Source of the DNA: Eubacteriales bacterium | GTDB lineage: Bacteria > Bacillota > Clostridia > Christensenellales > JAWKQI01 | Direction: 5' to 3' | Length of the DNA stretch: 64,000 nt | NCBI GenBank assembly: GCA_041390245.1 | Contig: JAWKQI010000001.1 | Span: 369,388-433,387, forward strand | Shown: positions 1 to 8,588 of the stretch, in pieces | How positions within the stretch are numbered: the stretch's first letter is position 1 | How the letters are laid out: every line of letters starts with the position of its first letter | Position numbers and translations under genes: made by a program | The notes under the pieces: generated by a model | Database searches by the model: none | The model's input: only the letters and a program-made list of their open reading frames with translations | Told to the model about the DNA's origin: nothing

Positions 1-1
1 C

Positions 2-127
2 GCATTCGCATTTGCCGGATTGGGCGCAGTTATTTCATGGCTCATTACTGTAAGAAACGACCCAATTGAAGAAAATACACCACAAGGCCCGAATGAAAAC
101 AATAATCTGCCTGGCGGCAGCGTTTAA
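2..127 (+). CDS. 3' end of an unidentified CDS entering from the left window edge
   Basis: Frame 2 is open from the edge and reads AFAFAGLGAVISWLITVRNDPIEENTPQGPNENNNLPGGSV, with TAA at 125-127. A hairpin GTACAG-N8-CTGTAC lies at 140-159 just downstream. No family is recognisable from 41 aa. Confidence 0.3.
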   Translation, partial: AFAFAGLGAVISWLITVRNDPIEENTPQGPNENNNLPGGSV

Positions 128-338
128 ATTAAAATTTTAGTACAGGTTTAAATCTGTACCTTAATATAACCCACCTTAAAATACAGATATGAAAGGAAGC
201 CCTTGGTGCTAGCGGAGAGTATACTTATGCTCCGGAGTTTAAAAACGTCTATTTTGAAAATGGAGCTGAATTTTATATGATGTTTGCAGACGATGCTACA
301 ATACAGCTTACGCCTAGCAACTAACGCAAAAAAAGTTA

Positions 339-367
339 AAAGCCGCATCATGATGCGGCTTTTTTAT
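339..367. terminator. Bidirectional rho-independent terminator
   Basis: AGCCGCAT-catg-ATGCGGCT stem-loop flanked by an A-run upstream and a T-run downstream. It lies between the plus-strand unit and the 3' end of the convergent HAD gene. Confidence 0.75.
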
Positions 368-414
368 TCATGCTATATAGTAAATATTTTAATTAAAAGC
401 TATATCTTTAAATT

Positions 415-1069
415 TCATTTTGATAGCATACGATGCAGTTCCGCCGGATCTGATACGACAGTTTTTGCGCCGTGTGCAATTAAAAAATCCTTGTCACGGA
501 ATCCCCATCCAACAATTATACATTCAATCCCGGCGTTTTTCGCCGTTTCAATATCCACTTCTGAGTCGCCCACATATATGGCCTCATCCGGGCTGCAGTT
601 TAAAGTTTTAAGCACCTCGTTGACCGTGTCCGGAGCAGGCTTTTTGCGTACGCCGCTTCTTTCCCCAACAGAAACATCGAACAAGCCGTTAAAATACTGT
701 TCTAAAAGAATCTGCACGGCATAATCAGCTTTATTTGAAATTACTGCAGTCTTTAATCCTTCTTTTTTGAGTTTTGAGATTAGCTCTAAAATCCCCTCAT
801 AAGGCTTGGTTTTATCTGCACAGTGCACCGAATAATATTCAGTAAAATCGGCGTTTAATTGCTTTTACCTCATCATCGTTAATTTCATCCGGAACACTGC
901 GCTTTATTAAAGTGCGGATGCTATTGCCGACAAAGCTTTTAACCTCTAAAAGCGAGCGCTTAGGAAATTTATTTGTTTTAAGCGCAAAATTAAGTGCATC
1001 TGCTAAATCTTCAATCGTGTTTAAGATCGTACCGTCCATGTCAAATATTACAGCTTTATGTTTTATCAT
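415..1069 (-). pseudogene. HAD-superfamily phosphatase (phosphoglycolate phosphatase-like), split by a +1-nt frameshift near 850-856
   Basis: ORF 839..1069 carries HAD motif I (VIFDMDGTILNT). ORF 415..828 carries the rest (KTAVISNK, YVGDSEVDIETAKNAG). Frame B upstream of the second ORF reads ADFTEYYSVHCADKTKPYEGI, which continues naturally from ...DDEVKAIK of the first ORF if one base in AAACGCCGAT is removed. Confidence 0.75.
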
Positions 1070-1340
1070 TTATTTACCCCTGGATTCTTAATTAGTTATG
1101 TGAATTAAAGTATCAATAACCCTTTAATTATACCACGCTTATTGCTTTATCCTTATATTAAAATAACCTGCCATCTACTCCTCTCAATATATATAGGACT
1201 AATTTTGCTTCCTGATTGGAGGTGCACCGATACGTGTTCAGAAAATAAAACAAGATGAAATTTATATAGATAAAAACATCTTGTGATAAACCATTTTGCG
1301 CCTTGAAAATTTCATTTGCAACTAAAAATGCCAAGAAACT

Positions 1341-1367
1341 AAAAAACCGCCTATTTAAGCGGTTTTT
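1341..1367 (-). terminator. Rho-independent terminator downstream of tRNA-Leu(CAA)
   Basis: The minus strand reads AAACCGC-TTAAATA-GCGGTTT followed by TTTTT. Confidence 0.7.
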
Positions 1368-1368
1368 G

Positions 1369-1455
1369 TGGTGCCGAAGGTGGGACTCGAACCCACACGA
1401 TATCACTATCAACGGATTTTGAGTCCGTCACGTCTGCCAGTTCCATCACTTCGGC
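1369..1455 (-). tRNA. tRNA-Leu (anticodon CAA), type II with a long variable arm and encoded CCA
   Basis: The reverse complement is GCCGAAGTGATGGAACTGGCAGACGTGACGGACTCAAAATCCGT...GTGGGTTCGAGTCCCACCTTCGGCACCA. Acceptor GCCGAAG pairs with CTTCGGC, the anticodon loop is CTCAAAA and the T-loop is GGTTCGAGTCC. Confidence 0.9.
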
Positions 1456-1465
1456 GCGCATATCA

Positions 1466-1495
1466 ATATTAGCATACGCCCTGGATTTAAGTCAA
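1466..1495 (-). promoter_or_regulatory. Sigma-A-type promoter for tRNA-Leu(CAA)
   Basis: The minus strand has TTGACT (1495-1490), an 18-nt spacer and TAATAT (1471-1466), about 10 nt upstream of the tRNA 5' end. Confidence 0.6.
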
Positions 1496-1575
1496 TAGCC
1501 TTAAATGCCTATAGAAAATTAAATGCCAAAATAAAATATATTTAGCCAAAATAAAATTTTGCCTTTTTGTTGATT

Positions 1576-1615
1576 CGTGATTTTTCTTGCTTTTTCGAGA
1601 TTATTCTTGCTTTTT
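1576..1615. repeat. Tandem 20-nt direct repeat, 2 copies, 18/20 identical
   Basis: cgtgatttttcttgcttttt (1576-1595) is followed by cgagattattcttgcttttt (1596-1615). A second pair, gccaaaataaaat, lies at 1525-1537 and 1545-1557, also with 20-nt spacing. Confidence 0.8.
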
Positions 1616-1674
1616 TGTTATGATTTTCAACGTTGTTCCGAAGTTTTTCGGCTATGGATATATTAAATCAAAAA

Positions 1675-3135
1675 CTAAAATCTATGAAACTTTTTACGGG
1701 TATTTCTTCTTTTTTTATTTGTGTAAACTCCTATTTCCCTTGAAAACTCTGTTGAAAGTTTGACCTTGTATTTTTTCCTATCAAATGTCTCGTAAACGGC
1801 CCTTCTGCCTTTAGATACATTCCTAAATTTCATACTTAAATAAATAGCTGTATATAAAGCAACTATTATCAAGCCGGCAATAAGCCCTATGCCCTGCCCT
1901 TCAATAAACGGCATGGAAATGATTATTAAAATAAGGCATATCAAAACTATAATGGAGGTATAAGGATAACCTATTAACTGGCACTTTCCATCTGGTGGGC
2001 ACCCATTCTTTTTACGGAATTTCATATGAGTGGCCATTATAATCATATATGTAAAGAGTGCCGCGAACCCGCCCGAGCTTATCAAAAACAAATAGACCCT
2101 TGGCATTAATATTCCTATACCAAGTCCAACTAGCATAGCAAGGCCGGAAAAAAGTATACCTTTATATGGCACGTCCTTTTTGTCTTTCAAAAAATTGGGT
2201 GCAAGGCCTTCGTCTACCAAAGACCGCATCATCCGCCCTAAACCGAACATGGCTGCCAGCATGGTTGAAAGTATAGCTGTTATCAAGACTATGTTTATTG
2301 CAGTACCGGCCCAGCCTATGCCCCACCTGTTAAGTGCGGCGACCATAGGGCTTACGCTTTCGTTTAGCTGTGATGTAGGTATCAATGGCAAAAGCACCGC
2401 GGCAGACAAAACATAAAATCCCACCAGGCATAAAACCGTATAATTTATTGCCTTTGGCACTGTCACCTTTGGGTTTGCGGATTCAGAAGCTGCAAGCCCT
2501 ATTATTTCAAAGCCCGCATAGGCAAATATAACTATTAACATGCTTCCGGCAAGGCTGCCGATACCGCCCGGTAAAAGCGGCTCGTTATTTATTTCTCCAA
2601 GGCCTATTGGTGTGCCGCCTATTATGCCGATTATTATTAAAACAGCTAATATTATAAAAGAAGCTATCGCCAAAACTTTTATAGCGGCAAGGCCGCTTTC
2701 AAGTTTGCACAGCCTGTCTGCCCCTATTAAATTAATAAGAGTAATCGCGATTATTATAATGCCTCCAAGCAAAGGTATAGAGGCATTTGGTATCCACGCC
2801 CTTATCAAAATGGATACTGCCGTTGCCTCGCTTGACATTGCAAGGACCATCCCCGTCCAATACACCCAGCCGACTACGAACCCCGTGCCTTTGCCGAAAG
2901 CCTCAGAGGCAAAGCTCCTGAATGAACCTACAGCCGGGTTGGCGACAGTCATCTCAGAAAGTGCAAAGAGAATGAAATAAACAAGCGCCCCGCCGATTAT
3001 ATATGAAAGCACTATAGAAGGCCCTGCGGCATTTATAGCCACAGCCGACCCTAAGAAAAATGAGCCTCCTATAACTGTCCCTACTGCTAAAGTTGTTAAC
3101 TGCCAGGCTGAAAGCCCCTCATTTTTTTTATCCAT
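1675..3135 (-). CDS. Amino acid permease, APC superfamily
   Basis: 486 aa with about 12 predicted hydrophobic helices. The N-terminal pattern LSAWQLTTLAVGTVIGGSFFLGS is typical of APC/AAT transporters. The C-terminus has a basic tail. Confidence 0.85.
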   Translation of the reverse strand: MDKKNEGLSAWQLTTLAVGTVIGGSFFLGSAVAINAAGPSIVLSYIIGGALVYFILFALSEMTVANPAVGSFRSFASEAFGKGTGFVVGWVYWTGMVLAMSSEATAVSILIRAWIPNASIPLLGGIIIIAITLINLIGADRLCKLESGLAAIKVLAIASFIILAVLIIIGIIGGTPIGLGEINNEPLLPGGIGSLAGSMLIVIFAYAGFEIIGLAASESANPKVTVPKAINYTVLCLVGFYVLSAAVLLPLIPTSQLNESVSPMVAALNRWGIGWAGTAINIVLITAILSTMLAAMFGLGRMMRSLVDEGLAPNFLKDKKDVPYKGILFSGLAMLVGLGIGILMPRVYLFLISSGGFAALFTYMIIMATHMKFRKKNGCPPDGKCQLIGYPYTSIIVLICLILIIISMPFIEGQGIGLIAGLIIVALYTAIYLSMKFRNVSKGRRAVYETFDRKKYKVKLSTEFSREIGVYTNKKRRNTRKKFHRF

Positions 3136-3222
3136 TTGTTCTCCTAATCATAAATTCTAAGGTTTTATTCTTTTACTATTATTTCTCAATTTTTAAAAAT
3201 ACATTCCTTTAAAAATTTATAA

Positions 3223-3257
3223 TAAAAAAGCCCCTGGGGTTAAACCACGCAGAGGCT
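3223..3257 (-). terminator. Rho-independent terminator ending the TetR-ABC operon
   Basis: The minus strand reads AGCCTCTG-12 nt loop-CAGGGGCT followed by TTTTTT. Confidence 0.65.
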
Positions 3258-3268
3258 TTAGCCTGTTT

Positions 3269-4060
3269 TTAATATTTGGCTTTTTTCAGGAAGACCCGGT
3301 AGGCCATTACAATTAATAAGATGTTGTATGCCGCACCAATAATTAAATACACCGGGTAACTTAAGTTAGCTGCATTGTTTTCTGGAAACAGTTCTAACAT
3401 TATACCTTTAAGCGCCCAAAAATTTGGGAATATCCCAAGCAGATACTGAAGGCCGCCTGAAAAAGCATCTAAGATAAGCAATGCAGGTACTAAGGCAATC
3501 ATACCGGTGCCTTTTATGTATGCAAAACCTTCGACTTTGTTCTTGGCAAATGCGCCCTGAAGTAGCGCCAGAGCCGGAACAAACAAAGCAGATACAACTG
3601 CAAAAGATATTATATGCCAAATACTTATAGTATCAAATATAGATACGCCCCCGATGGCGTATTCATCTCCTGCTAAAAGCTTTGTACCGAGAAAAATCAT
3701 AATGGTGCTTATAACGGACATTATGTAGATATAAGTCATCTTAAACTTGACATAACCAGAAGCACCGAGCGGCGTCACTGCTATCGTACTAAGTGTATTT
3801 TCATCTTTATGGTCTAGTAGCAGGAAAGTTGCCATTGCGGCCACTAGAAACCCGCCAAAAGCAAGAATAACTATCAAAAACAGCAGCATAGCAACTTTAG
3901 TTGTCGCATCGTCTGTTGGTGAAGTAGTGTTAAATACCATTGGGAATATAACCGTAGACAAAAACAGAATGACCAAAGGGAATATGCACATAAAGAGGTT
4001 CATAGAATCTCTCACTATTGTCTTAAACTCGTATTTTAATAAATATATATACTTGTTCAT
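3269..4060 (-). CDS. ABC-2-type transporter permease
   Basis: 263 aa, six hydrophobic segments, immediately downstream of a second permease and the ATPase in one operon. Confidence 0.6.
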   Translation of the reverse strand: MNKYIYLLKYEFKTIVRDSMNLFMCIFPLVILFLSTVIFPMVFNTTSPTDDATTKVAMLLFLIVILAFGGFLVAAMATFLLLDHKDENTLSTIAVTPLGASGYVKFKMTYIYIMSVISTIMIFLGTKLLAGDEYAIGGVSIFDTISIWHIISFAVVSALFVPALALLQGAFAKNKVEGFAYIKGTGMIALVPALLILDAFSGGLQYLLGIFPNFWALKGIMLELFPENNAANLSYPVYLIIGAAYNILLIVMAYRVFLKKAKY

Positions 4061-4062
4061 TT

Positions 4063-4785
4063 CTAGTACCCCCTCACCGCATTGTTTTTGAACCTGGGTA
4101 ACACCACGAACCTATATAATATAACAGATAATATTACAAGGTATATGCATGCAAAAATCATCTTTGCTGTTTCCATCTCTCCTGAGACTGCAAAGGAAAA
4201 AAGCTCAGCTGCGCTTTGCGACGGCGATATCATAAGTAGCCATTCGTATTTGGCGTTAATTATGCCAAAGGCAAACAAAATTGTCGGTATTGTAAACGGT
4301 AGCATATAGGCCATCATAAGCCCCAACATGGAAGTAAAATCTTTGCTTATAAGCGAGAGAAAAAACCCAATAGCAGTATGTGCTGCACCCGCAATTATAA
4401 CAAACAGCAGCAGCCAGCCGTAATTAAATGTAACGCCGTGTATGAAAAACAGCGCAGCGGATATGACAACTGCAGATTCTAAACCTAAAAACAGTGACGA
4501 TACAACTTTTGCAAACAGTATATCACCTAAGGATACCGGCATGATCATCATAGAGTTTATCGTTCCTTCCTGTTTTTCTAAATGGTGCGATGCGCCTATT
4601 AGAAGGATAGACATCATACAGATATCAACAAAAATAAGCAAAGGCGCGATATGAGATGCATCTTCTTTTGAAATAAACAGGAAGATAATTATCCAAATAA
4701 GCCCTGTGACCAGGCTTATAGGTAATATTTTATACGCAACGAGGCGTTTTAACTCGCCCAGTGTAAGCCTAATCACATTTTTCAT
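4063..4785 (-). CDS. ABC-2-type transporter permease
   Basis: 240 aa and polytopic. The start overlaps the ATPase stop (4782-4785). Confidence 0.6.
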   Translation of the reverse strand: MKNVIRLTLGELKRLVAYKILPISLVTGLIWIIIFLFISKEDASHIAPLLIFVDICMMSILLIGASHHLEKQEGTINSMMIMPVSLGDILFAKVVSSLFLGLESAVVISAALFFIHGVTFNYGWLLLFVIIAGAAHTAIGFFLSLISKDFTSMLGLMMAYMLPFTIPTILFAFGIINAKYEWLLMISPSQSAAELFSFAVSGEMETAKMIFACIYLVILSVILYRFVVLPRFKNNAVRGY

Positions 4786-5642
4786 TTTACATCAACTCCC
4801 GTCACGATAATAAATATCTCCTCCATAGAGGTCTCTCCGCTATGTATAGTCTCTATCTCCTTATCCTTTAAAACGGAATTAAACCTTTCGTTTGAACCTA
4901 TACCGTTTAACGGGAAAGTCTCGCTTAACACGTCTCCGTTTTCCCTATACTCTACTTTAACTTCGCGTTTGCCGTATTTTAACTTTAGGTCCCTTGGTGT
5001 AGATATCTCGTGTAGTTTACCGTCTACGCAAAACGCTATCCTGTCGCAGAGCTGTTCGACGTCGTTCATCAAGTGTGTGGATAAAAATACCGTACCGCCT
5101 TTTTCCCTAAACTCTGCTATCATTTCCTTTATTACGTAAGCATTTTTAGGGTCTAGGCCGTTTGTAACCTCATCTAAAAACAGCACTCTTGGGTTATTTA
5201 GCATTGCCCGTATAAAGTTTAACCTAACTTTCATGCCCTTTGAGTACTCACCGACTTTAATGTCTTTATACTCCCATAGGCCTACCCTTTCCATTAACTC
5301 CTTTACGTTTGCCTTGTTTTTGTAAAACTCTGAAAAGAAATTTAAGTTTTCGGCTGCAGTCATTTTTGAAAAATGCACCGGCATTTCAAACCCAACGCCT
5401 ATCTCCTCATAAAAGGATTTGCCCTTGGCCTTTAAATCTTTGCCAAAATACTCAATATTGCCCCTATAGTTTTCAAGAAGTTTGATTAAAATTTTCTGCG
5501 TTGTAGACTTGCCTGCACCAGACGGCCCTAAGAGCCCGAAAATCTCTCCTTCTTTTACATCGAAAGAGACGCCTTTGATCGTATCCTCCTTTGATGTCGG
5601 GTATCTGAACCGCAGGTCTTCAATAGTAAATGCACTTGACAT
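4782..5642 (-). CDS. ABC transporter ATP-binding protein
   Basis: Walker A GPSGAGKST, signature YSKGMKVRL and Walker B VLFLDE. I place the start at MSSAF (ATG 5642-5640), with GGAGG 7 nt upstream and a TAATG overlap with the TetR stop, rather than at the longer track ORF start of 5684. Confidence 0.9.
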   Translation of the reverse strand: MSSAFTIEDLRFRYPTSKEDTIKGVSFDVKEGEIFGLLGPSGAGKSTTQKILIKLLENYRGNIEYFGKDLKAKGKSFYEEIGVGFEMPVHFSKMTAAENLNFFSEFYKNKANVKELMERVGLWEYKDIKVGEYSKGMKVRLNFIRAMLNNPRVLFLDEVTNGLDPKNAYVIKEMIAEFREKGGTVFLSTHLMNDVEQLCDRIAFCVDGKLHEISTPRDLKLKYGKREVKVEYRENGDVLSETFPLNGIGSNERFNSVLKDKEIETIHSGETSMEEIFIIVTGVDVK

Positions 5643-6283
5643 TATTTTTCCTCCTTCTTGGCTGAAATGCCGTATTGCATACATTCCATAAGCTCATTCA
5701 GCGTTTTTATAAGCTCAGCCTCTCCGTTATTAATAGAAATCAGCTTATAGGAATTTGTAAGTAAAATTTCTAACATTTTTAAAATGAAGTCCGGTGAAAA
5801 ACGGCTCTCTATCTGGCCGGACTCAATTGCAGACTTAATAAGCCCGCCAAAAACTTTGTTAAAATCATATGGAAAAAATTCCATAATCCTGCTTTTTAGT
5901 TCGTCGCTTACCTCCATGTACCTGTTAGATAAATCATGCAGCCTTTTATCGACGAACATAAAGTCCATAGTCGCTTTTGCCAGTTCCCGTATCGTACCAA
6001 AAAAATCCCCACTATATTGCTTTAGTTCCATCTCCGATGAGAAGAAATCCATCTTCTTTTTTACTACTATGGCCATCAAAGCCAAATAAAGCCCGAATTT
6101 ATCTCCAAAATTATGATAGAAACTGCCTTTGCTCATGTGAGCCCTTTTTAATATGTCATTAAGCGAAGCATCTTCAAATTTTGTTTTTGAAAACTCATTT
6201 AAGCTTTCTTCCAAAAGCTCTTTATACTTTAAAAGCGGATTACCCTCTCCAAGTAAAGAAGTATAGTTAAAATTTTTTTCCAA
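5642..6283 (-). CDS. TetR/AcrR-family transcriptional regulator
   Basis: The N-terminal HTH LNDILKRAHMSKGSFYHNFGDKFGLY is the TetR_N signature. It is the first large gene of the exporter operon. Confidence 0.85.
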   Translation of the reverse strand: MEKNFNYTSLLGEGNPLLKYKELLEESLNEFSKTKFEDASLNDILKRAHMSKGSFYHNFGDKFGLYLALMAIVVKKKMDFFSSEMELKQYSGDFFGTIRELAKATMDFMFVDKRLHDLSNRYMEVSDELKSRIMEFFPYDFNKVFGGLIKSAIESGQIESRFSPDFILKMLEILLTNSYKLISINNGEAELIKTLNELMECMQYGISAKKEEK

Positions 6284-6297
6284 CTCAACTTCCCTTT

Positions 6298-6420
6298 CTA
6301 ATCCTCATCTGTAAATTTTTTGCGTTCTCTCTTTTTCTTTAAGCTTTTAAAAAATGCTATCTTTAAATAGCCAATCACGATAACTGCCACCGCTATTAAA
6401 AGCCATACCCACCACTGCAT
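6298..6420 (-). CDS. Small membrane protein (40 aa), first cistron of the TetR-ABC operon; not in the ORF track
   Basis: GGAGGGTGATTATATG leads into MQWWVWLLIAVAVIVIGYLKIAFFKSLKKKRERKKFTDED and a TAG stop. It has one TM helix and a basic tail, and lies between the operator and tetR. Confidence 0.35.
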   Translation of the reverse strand: MQWWVWLLIAVAVIVIGYLKIAFFKSLKKKRERKKFTDED

Positions 6421-6441
6421 ATAATCACCCTCCTTAAATAA

Positions 6442-6473
6442 TTAGACCGAATGGTCTAAACCACATGGTCTAA
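6442..6473. promoter_or_regulatory. Candidate TetR operator: perfect palindrome plus a third half-site
   Basis: TTAGACC-GAAT-GGTCTAA at 6442-6459 is a perfect 7+4+7 inverted repeat. An extra GGTCTAA lies at 6467-6473. Both sit directly downstream of the -10 box. Confidence 0.5.
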
Positions 6474-6501
6474 TGATATTATATGATTACTCATTTGTCA
6501 A
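6473..6501 (-). promoter_or_regulatory. Sigma-A-type promoter of the TetR-ABC operon
   Basis: The minus strand has TTGACA (6501-6496), a 17-nt spacer and TATCAT (6478-6473). Confidence 0.6.
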
Positions 6502-6584
6502 TATTAATAAATTAAAAAAGCCCTTAAGCTAACCGCCTAAGCGCTTTACTTTCGTACTTATATCCCAACATAAACCAAATGTAT

Positions 6585-7025
6585 CTACATCGCTTTGATG
6601 ACTCCGCAACCGATACGTTTTCCGGCATCTCCTGACGGCTGGGATGTATAGTCGTCCCTATCCATATGTATTATAACAGACCTTCCAATAACGTCTTTCA
6701 ATGCAAAGCGCGTAGTGACGAATGAGAGGTACGCATCCATGGTGTCTGTCGCTAGAAGCATAGGGAAATCTCCCGCATGCATAGGATGAGTGTACCCTTC
6801 CGGATTGTAATGCCCTTTTGCGCTTTCAAAATCCGGCTCAATACAGCTTCCTACTTCGTGCAGGTGAAAACCATAAAAGCCTGTTTTATTAGGCGGCAAA
6901 TTGAATATTTTTGCGTCTACGTGTACGCCTATGGGCGTTTCCATAAACCATACGGTACCGTTAAGGTCCGGCGCATCGGCGCTGCCCTTTACCATCGCCA
7001 TGGCCTTATAATTATATTGATTCAT
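6585..7025 (-). CDS. sodC: Cu/Zn superoxide dismutase family protein (SodC-like), no signal peptide
   Basis: Metal-ligand pattern FHLHEVGSC, GHYNP, HPMHAGDFP, IIHMDRDDY and the C-terminal GKRIGCGVI. The start is placed at MNQYNY (ATG 7025-7023) because AAGGAGG lies 7 nt upstream. The track ORF begins 13 codons earlier. Confidence 0.8.
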   Translation of the reverse strand: MNQYNYKAMAMVKGSADAPDLNGTVWFMETPIGVHVDAKIFNLPPNKTGFYGFHLHEVGSCIEPDFESAKGHYNPEGYTHPMHAGDFPMLLATDTMDAYLSFVTTRFALKDVIGRSVIIHMDRDDYTSQPSGDAGKRIGCGVIKAM

Positions 7026-7091
7026 AAAAAACCTCCTTAAATTTTTATATATTAAAATATGCACCTTCTTCCCTTTGTGTTTTGTTTGAAT

Positions 7092-7118
7092 AAAAAAGCT
7101 GGATTTTTTCCAGCTTTT
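7092..7118. terminator. Bidirectional terminator after the 426-aa membrane protein gene
   Basis: AGCTGGA-ttttt-TCCAGCT flanked by an A-run and a T-run. It abuts the stop codon at 7119-7121. Confidence 0.75.
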
Positions 7119-8399
7119 TTATTCGCATGATTCTTTTTTAGGTTCAGCACTTACTTTTTTCCGTTTCAGTAGCAGGCTTAAAAGATACCCTATCGTTCCA
7201 AAAAGCCATGTTATTGGAGCAAATGTTAAAATAACATTCAGAACTCCCTGGCTTTGCCCGTTTCTGAGCCCGTTAGATAAGTTGTTTCCTTCAGGGATAG
7301 ATTGCCCGTCTGGTATTTCAGCATTGTCCGGATCAAACGTATCCCCAGGCTGTCCGTCATCTGTAATGCTTGGTGCAGATGATGAGCTACCGCTTGAGTC
7401 TTCATCTGTACTTGAGAGGGTATAGACGCTAGAGCCTATCTCAAGATAGCTGCTGCCATTCTCGCTATATAAAGTACCTTCAGTTGACGAAGTGTTTGAA
7501 GCCTCAAATTCTTTAATAGCCTCCTGCTGCTGGATAACCCCCGTAGCACACTGCGGATACAGCAGCGAACAGTGCTTTGAGCATCCGGTACAATTAAGCC
7601 CGGAAAGGTATTTGTTTAGGTCTGCCGTATCTGCCGTATTATCCACACTATTATTTATAGTGCTGTCTGAGCTGTTATTATCAGACGTATCATCTAAATC
7701 ATTATCTAGACTATTATCAGAATCGCTGTCTGAGTTGCCATTTTCGTTGTCTGAGTTTTTGCCTTTGCCAAATCCTCCGCCTTGGTTTTGGTTCCTATTC
7801 TGAAAATTTGGCGTACTGTTACTGTTCAATGCAAAAGCAAGCCCGATATTTGAAAAGAAACCAGAAAGCACAATACTTGCAATTCCCCATAAGGCCAAAG
7901 CAAAAGTTGCACCGCGAAGCAACCATTTCCTTGCTTTGCTTTCTCTCTTTACCCTAAACATGCGGGCAAATGCATTCATAACGCATTTCCAGTTAAGCCC
8001 TACATGTAATCCTATCAGTATTATGCAGATATATGAAACCGCAGTATGTATCCCTTTAAAAGAAGAAGTTCCTCCCGTATTTGGAAAAAGCACCTGAGAC
8101 ATAAGTATACCGGTTATTATTATTGTGTAAACGCCTAAAAGCAGTAATACGTCTAAGATATACTGAAAACGGGTCTTAAACCCTATCTTCTTGCCAAACA
8201 GGTTCTTTGTTACGGATTTAATCCATTTTAAGTTAAGCAGTTTGTGGACTAAAAATAATATACCGATAACTATACCCGCAATCTCATGAAATGCCATGCT
8301 GATTGCCTTTGATTCCATAAGTAAAATAAACGTTGATAATAATATTATATCGAGAAATATTTTTATAAATATGTTATTTTTCGTTTTCTTTTTTCCCAT
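7119..8399 (-). CDS. Polytopic membrane protein (DUF4405-like N-terminal 4-5 TM) with an S/D/N-rich disordered region, a Cys cluster and a C-terminal TM anchor
   Basis: 426 aa. The N-terminal hydrophobic helices carry conserved His residues (FHEIAG, LVHKLLN, IGLHVGLNW). The middle is NSDSDSDNSLDNDLDD... low complexity. The Cys cluster is CTGCSKHCSLLYPQC. The family call is from memory of the architecture only. Confidence 0.45.
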   Translation of the reverse strand: MGKKKTKNNIFIKIFLDIILLSTFILLMESKAISMAFHEIAGIVIGILFLVHKLLNLKWIKSVTKNLFGKKIGFKTRFQYILDVLLLLGVYTIIITGILMSQVLFPNTGGTSSFKGIHTAVSYICIILIGLHVGLNWKCVMNAFARMFRVKRESKARKWLLRGATFALALWGIASIVLSGFFSNIGLAFALNSNSTPNFQNRNQNQGGGFGKGKNSDNENGNSDSDSDNSLDNDLDDTSDNNSSDSTINNSVDNTADTADLNKYLSGLNCTGCSKHCSLLYPQCATGVIQQQEAIKEFEASNTSSTEGTLYSENGSSYLEIGSSVYTLSSTDEDSSGSSSSAPSITDDGQPGDTFDPDNAEIPDGQSIPEGNNLSNGLRNGQSQGVLNVILTFAPITWLFGTIGYLLSLLLKRKKVSAEPKKESCE

Positions 8400-8588
8400 A
8401 ATAGTTTTTTCTCCTATTTTTTACATTATTTGTATAATGGTTTATTTGATAATAATCATTTAACCTTAAACAAAGCTGAAAAAAAGTAGCCTAATTATGA
8501 ATAAATTTTTAATTTTAAATTTAATTTACTGCCTTTAAACACCTATATTATTTAGCTTTTTAGCCAATAATAATAAAAAAATTAAGAG

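Noticed and set aside
190-324. A plus-strand open frame (KEALGASGEYTYAPEFKNVYFENGAEFYMMFADDATIQLTPSN-stop) that ends just before the terminator at 339-367.
   Set aside because: The only in-frame start is the ATG ATG pair 16 codons before the stop. The preceding ATG (MKGSPWC-stop) is in another frame. It may be a decayed small gene, but a call cannot be supported.
284-724. A 146-aa plus-strand ORF and a nested 63-aa ORF (420-611).
   Set aside because: They are antisense to the C-terminal half of the HAD phosphatase gene and have no RBS or recognisable motifs.
1158-1412. An 84-aa minus-strand ORF.
   Set aside because: It overlaps the tRNA-Leu(CAA) gene and its terminator, and its translation is nonsense-like.
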